A stretch of 63,106 nt of DNA, the filler included, from Chiloscyllium plagiosum (Eukaryota), in assembly GCF_004010195.1 (NCBI RefSeq). It is 7 parts of 7 records of this genome, joined end to end, with 100 filler letters (N's around TTAATTAATTAA, not from the genome) between each part and the next. Parts side by side here need not be neighbours in the genome. Positions count along the whole stretch, not along the records: positions 60,327 to 63,106 come from NW_025202081.1; 6 more parts are not named here. One strand, 5' to 3'. The notes under the pieces were generated by a model. That model had not been told where the DNA came from. It saw only the letters and a list, made by a program, of their open reading frames with translations, and made no database searches. Made by a program: the position numbers and the translations under genes. This document shows positions 62,184 to 63,106 of this stretch, piece by piece (position 1 is the stretch's first letter; every line of letters begins with the position of its first letter).

Positions 62184-63106
62184 CTGAAAGACAAGAAAAA
62201 CAATTTTAATTCCTGCCAGTTTCAACTTTCAGAATATTCACTGGGAAAACATTTGAACATTTGTAGCCAATACCGAAAAAACCCGACGAAAGAACAGACA
62301 TTGTTTAAAGTGCTTCTTGGGATTTGAGTGTCACTGGCAGGGCCAGCATTTATTGCCCATCCCTAATTGCCCCTGAGAAGGTGATGGTGAAAGAGAAGGG
62401 ACAGTTTGGACCATAATTTAGGAAATGAATGTGAGCAGCTGGAAGGGCGATCAATGGGGGAGCATTTCAGTGACAGGGATCAGAACTCAGTGAGATTGAG
62501 AGGAGGGATGGAAATGGAGAACAATGGAGCAAGTGTAAAAGTTTTCATTTGGGAGTGAAATATTTTACTAAACTGTGCGGTGCTTTGGTAAAAGTGGACT
62601 GGAACCAGCGACATGATGGGAAATCAGTATCAGGGCAGTAGGATCCCTCAAAGGAGGAGACAGCGATCGTTCAGAATCTGTTCCCACATGAGTAAGGGTG
62701 GGGACTCCCAAATCTAGACTCTCAGCCTGGGATGTCAAAAGGCAGCAAGAGTAGGGCAGACCAAACAGGGAAGGTGATGGTTATCTGGAGTTCAATCTTG
62801 CAGAAAGCTGAGAGGAGGATAGAAAATGCAGGAGTGACATTCTACAGGATCTGAGTAAAGCAAAGAGCTGACAGGATGAAATCGAATAATAGAATTTACA
62901 GTACAGAAGGAGGCTATTCAACCCATCATGTCTGTGCTGGCTCTAGAAAGAGCTATCCAGCTAGTCCCACTCTCCAGTCCGATCTCTGTTGCTCTCTAAC
63001 TTCATTCATTTGCAATATGCACGTTGAAACCTCCAACAGAATCCACCTCCACCATCCTGTCAGGCAGCATGTTCCAAATCCTAACAACTCCCTCATCTCA
63101 CTCCAA

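Overview
This is vertebrate genomic DNA, most likely from a carpet shark (bamboo/nurse-shark type), inferred from the antigen-receptor sequences. It is not one locus: seven contigs are joined by six identical 100-nt spacers (44 N + TTAATTAATTAA + 44 N). Contig 1 (1-3911) has a leader plus a single-exon, RSS-less, germline-fused VJ-type IgSF domain resembling NCR3/NKp30-type receptors. Contig 2 (4012-18107) has an IgM constant-region pseudogene (Cmu1-Cmu4 plus secretory tailpiece). Contig 3 (18208-23964) has a second Cmu1 exon on the minus strand, with an ~18-copy, 32-bp, G-rich, RGYW-dense tandem array upstream. Contig 4 (24065-39263) has four tandem TCR-beta-type V segments: two intact, one lacking the core Trp, one decayed. 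Contig 5 (39364-56905) has a germline shark IgM-type L-VH-D1-D2-JH cassette with 23 / 12-22 / 12-12 / 23 RSSs, a broken V splice acceptor and no visible C exon. Contigs 6 and 7 each have a kappa-type (NS4-like) light-chain C exon with a 3' lesion. Intervening DNA is mostly CR1-type LINE, tRNA-derived SINE, Tx1 and Penelope-like debris, some carrying minimal hammerhead ribozyme cores. The best leads are the non-rearranging short VJ domain and the switch-region-like 32-bp array upstream of Cmu1.
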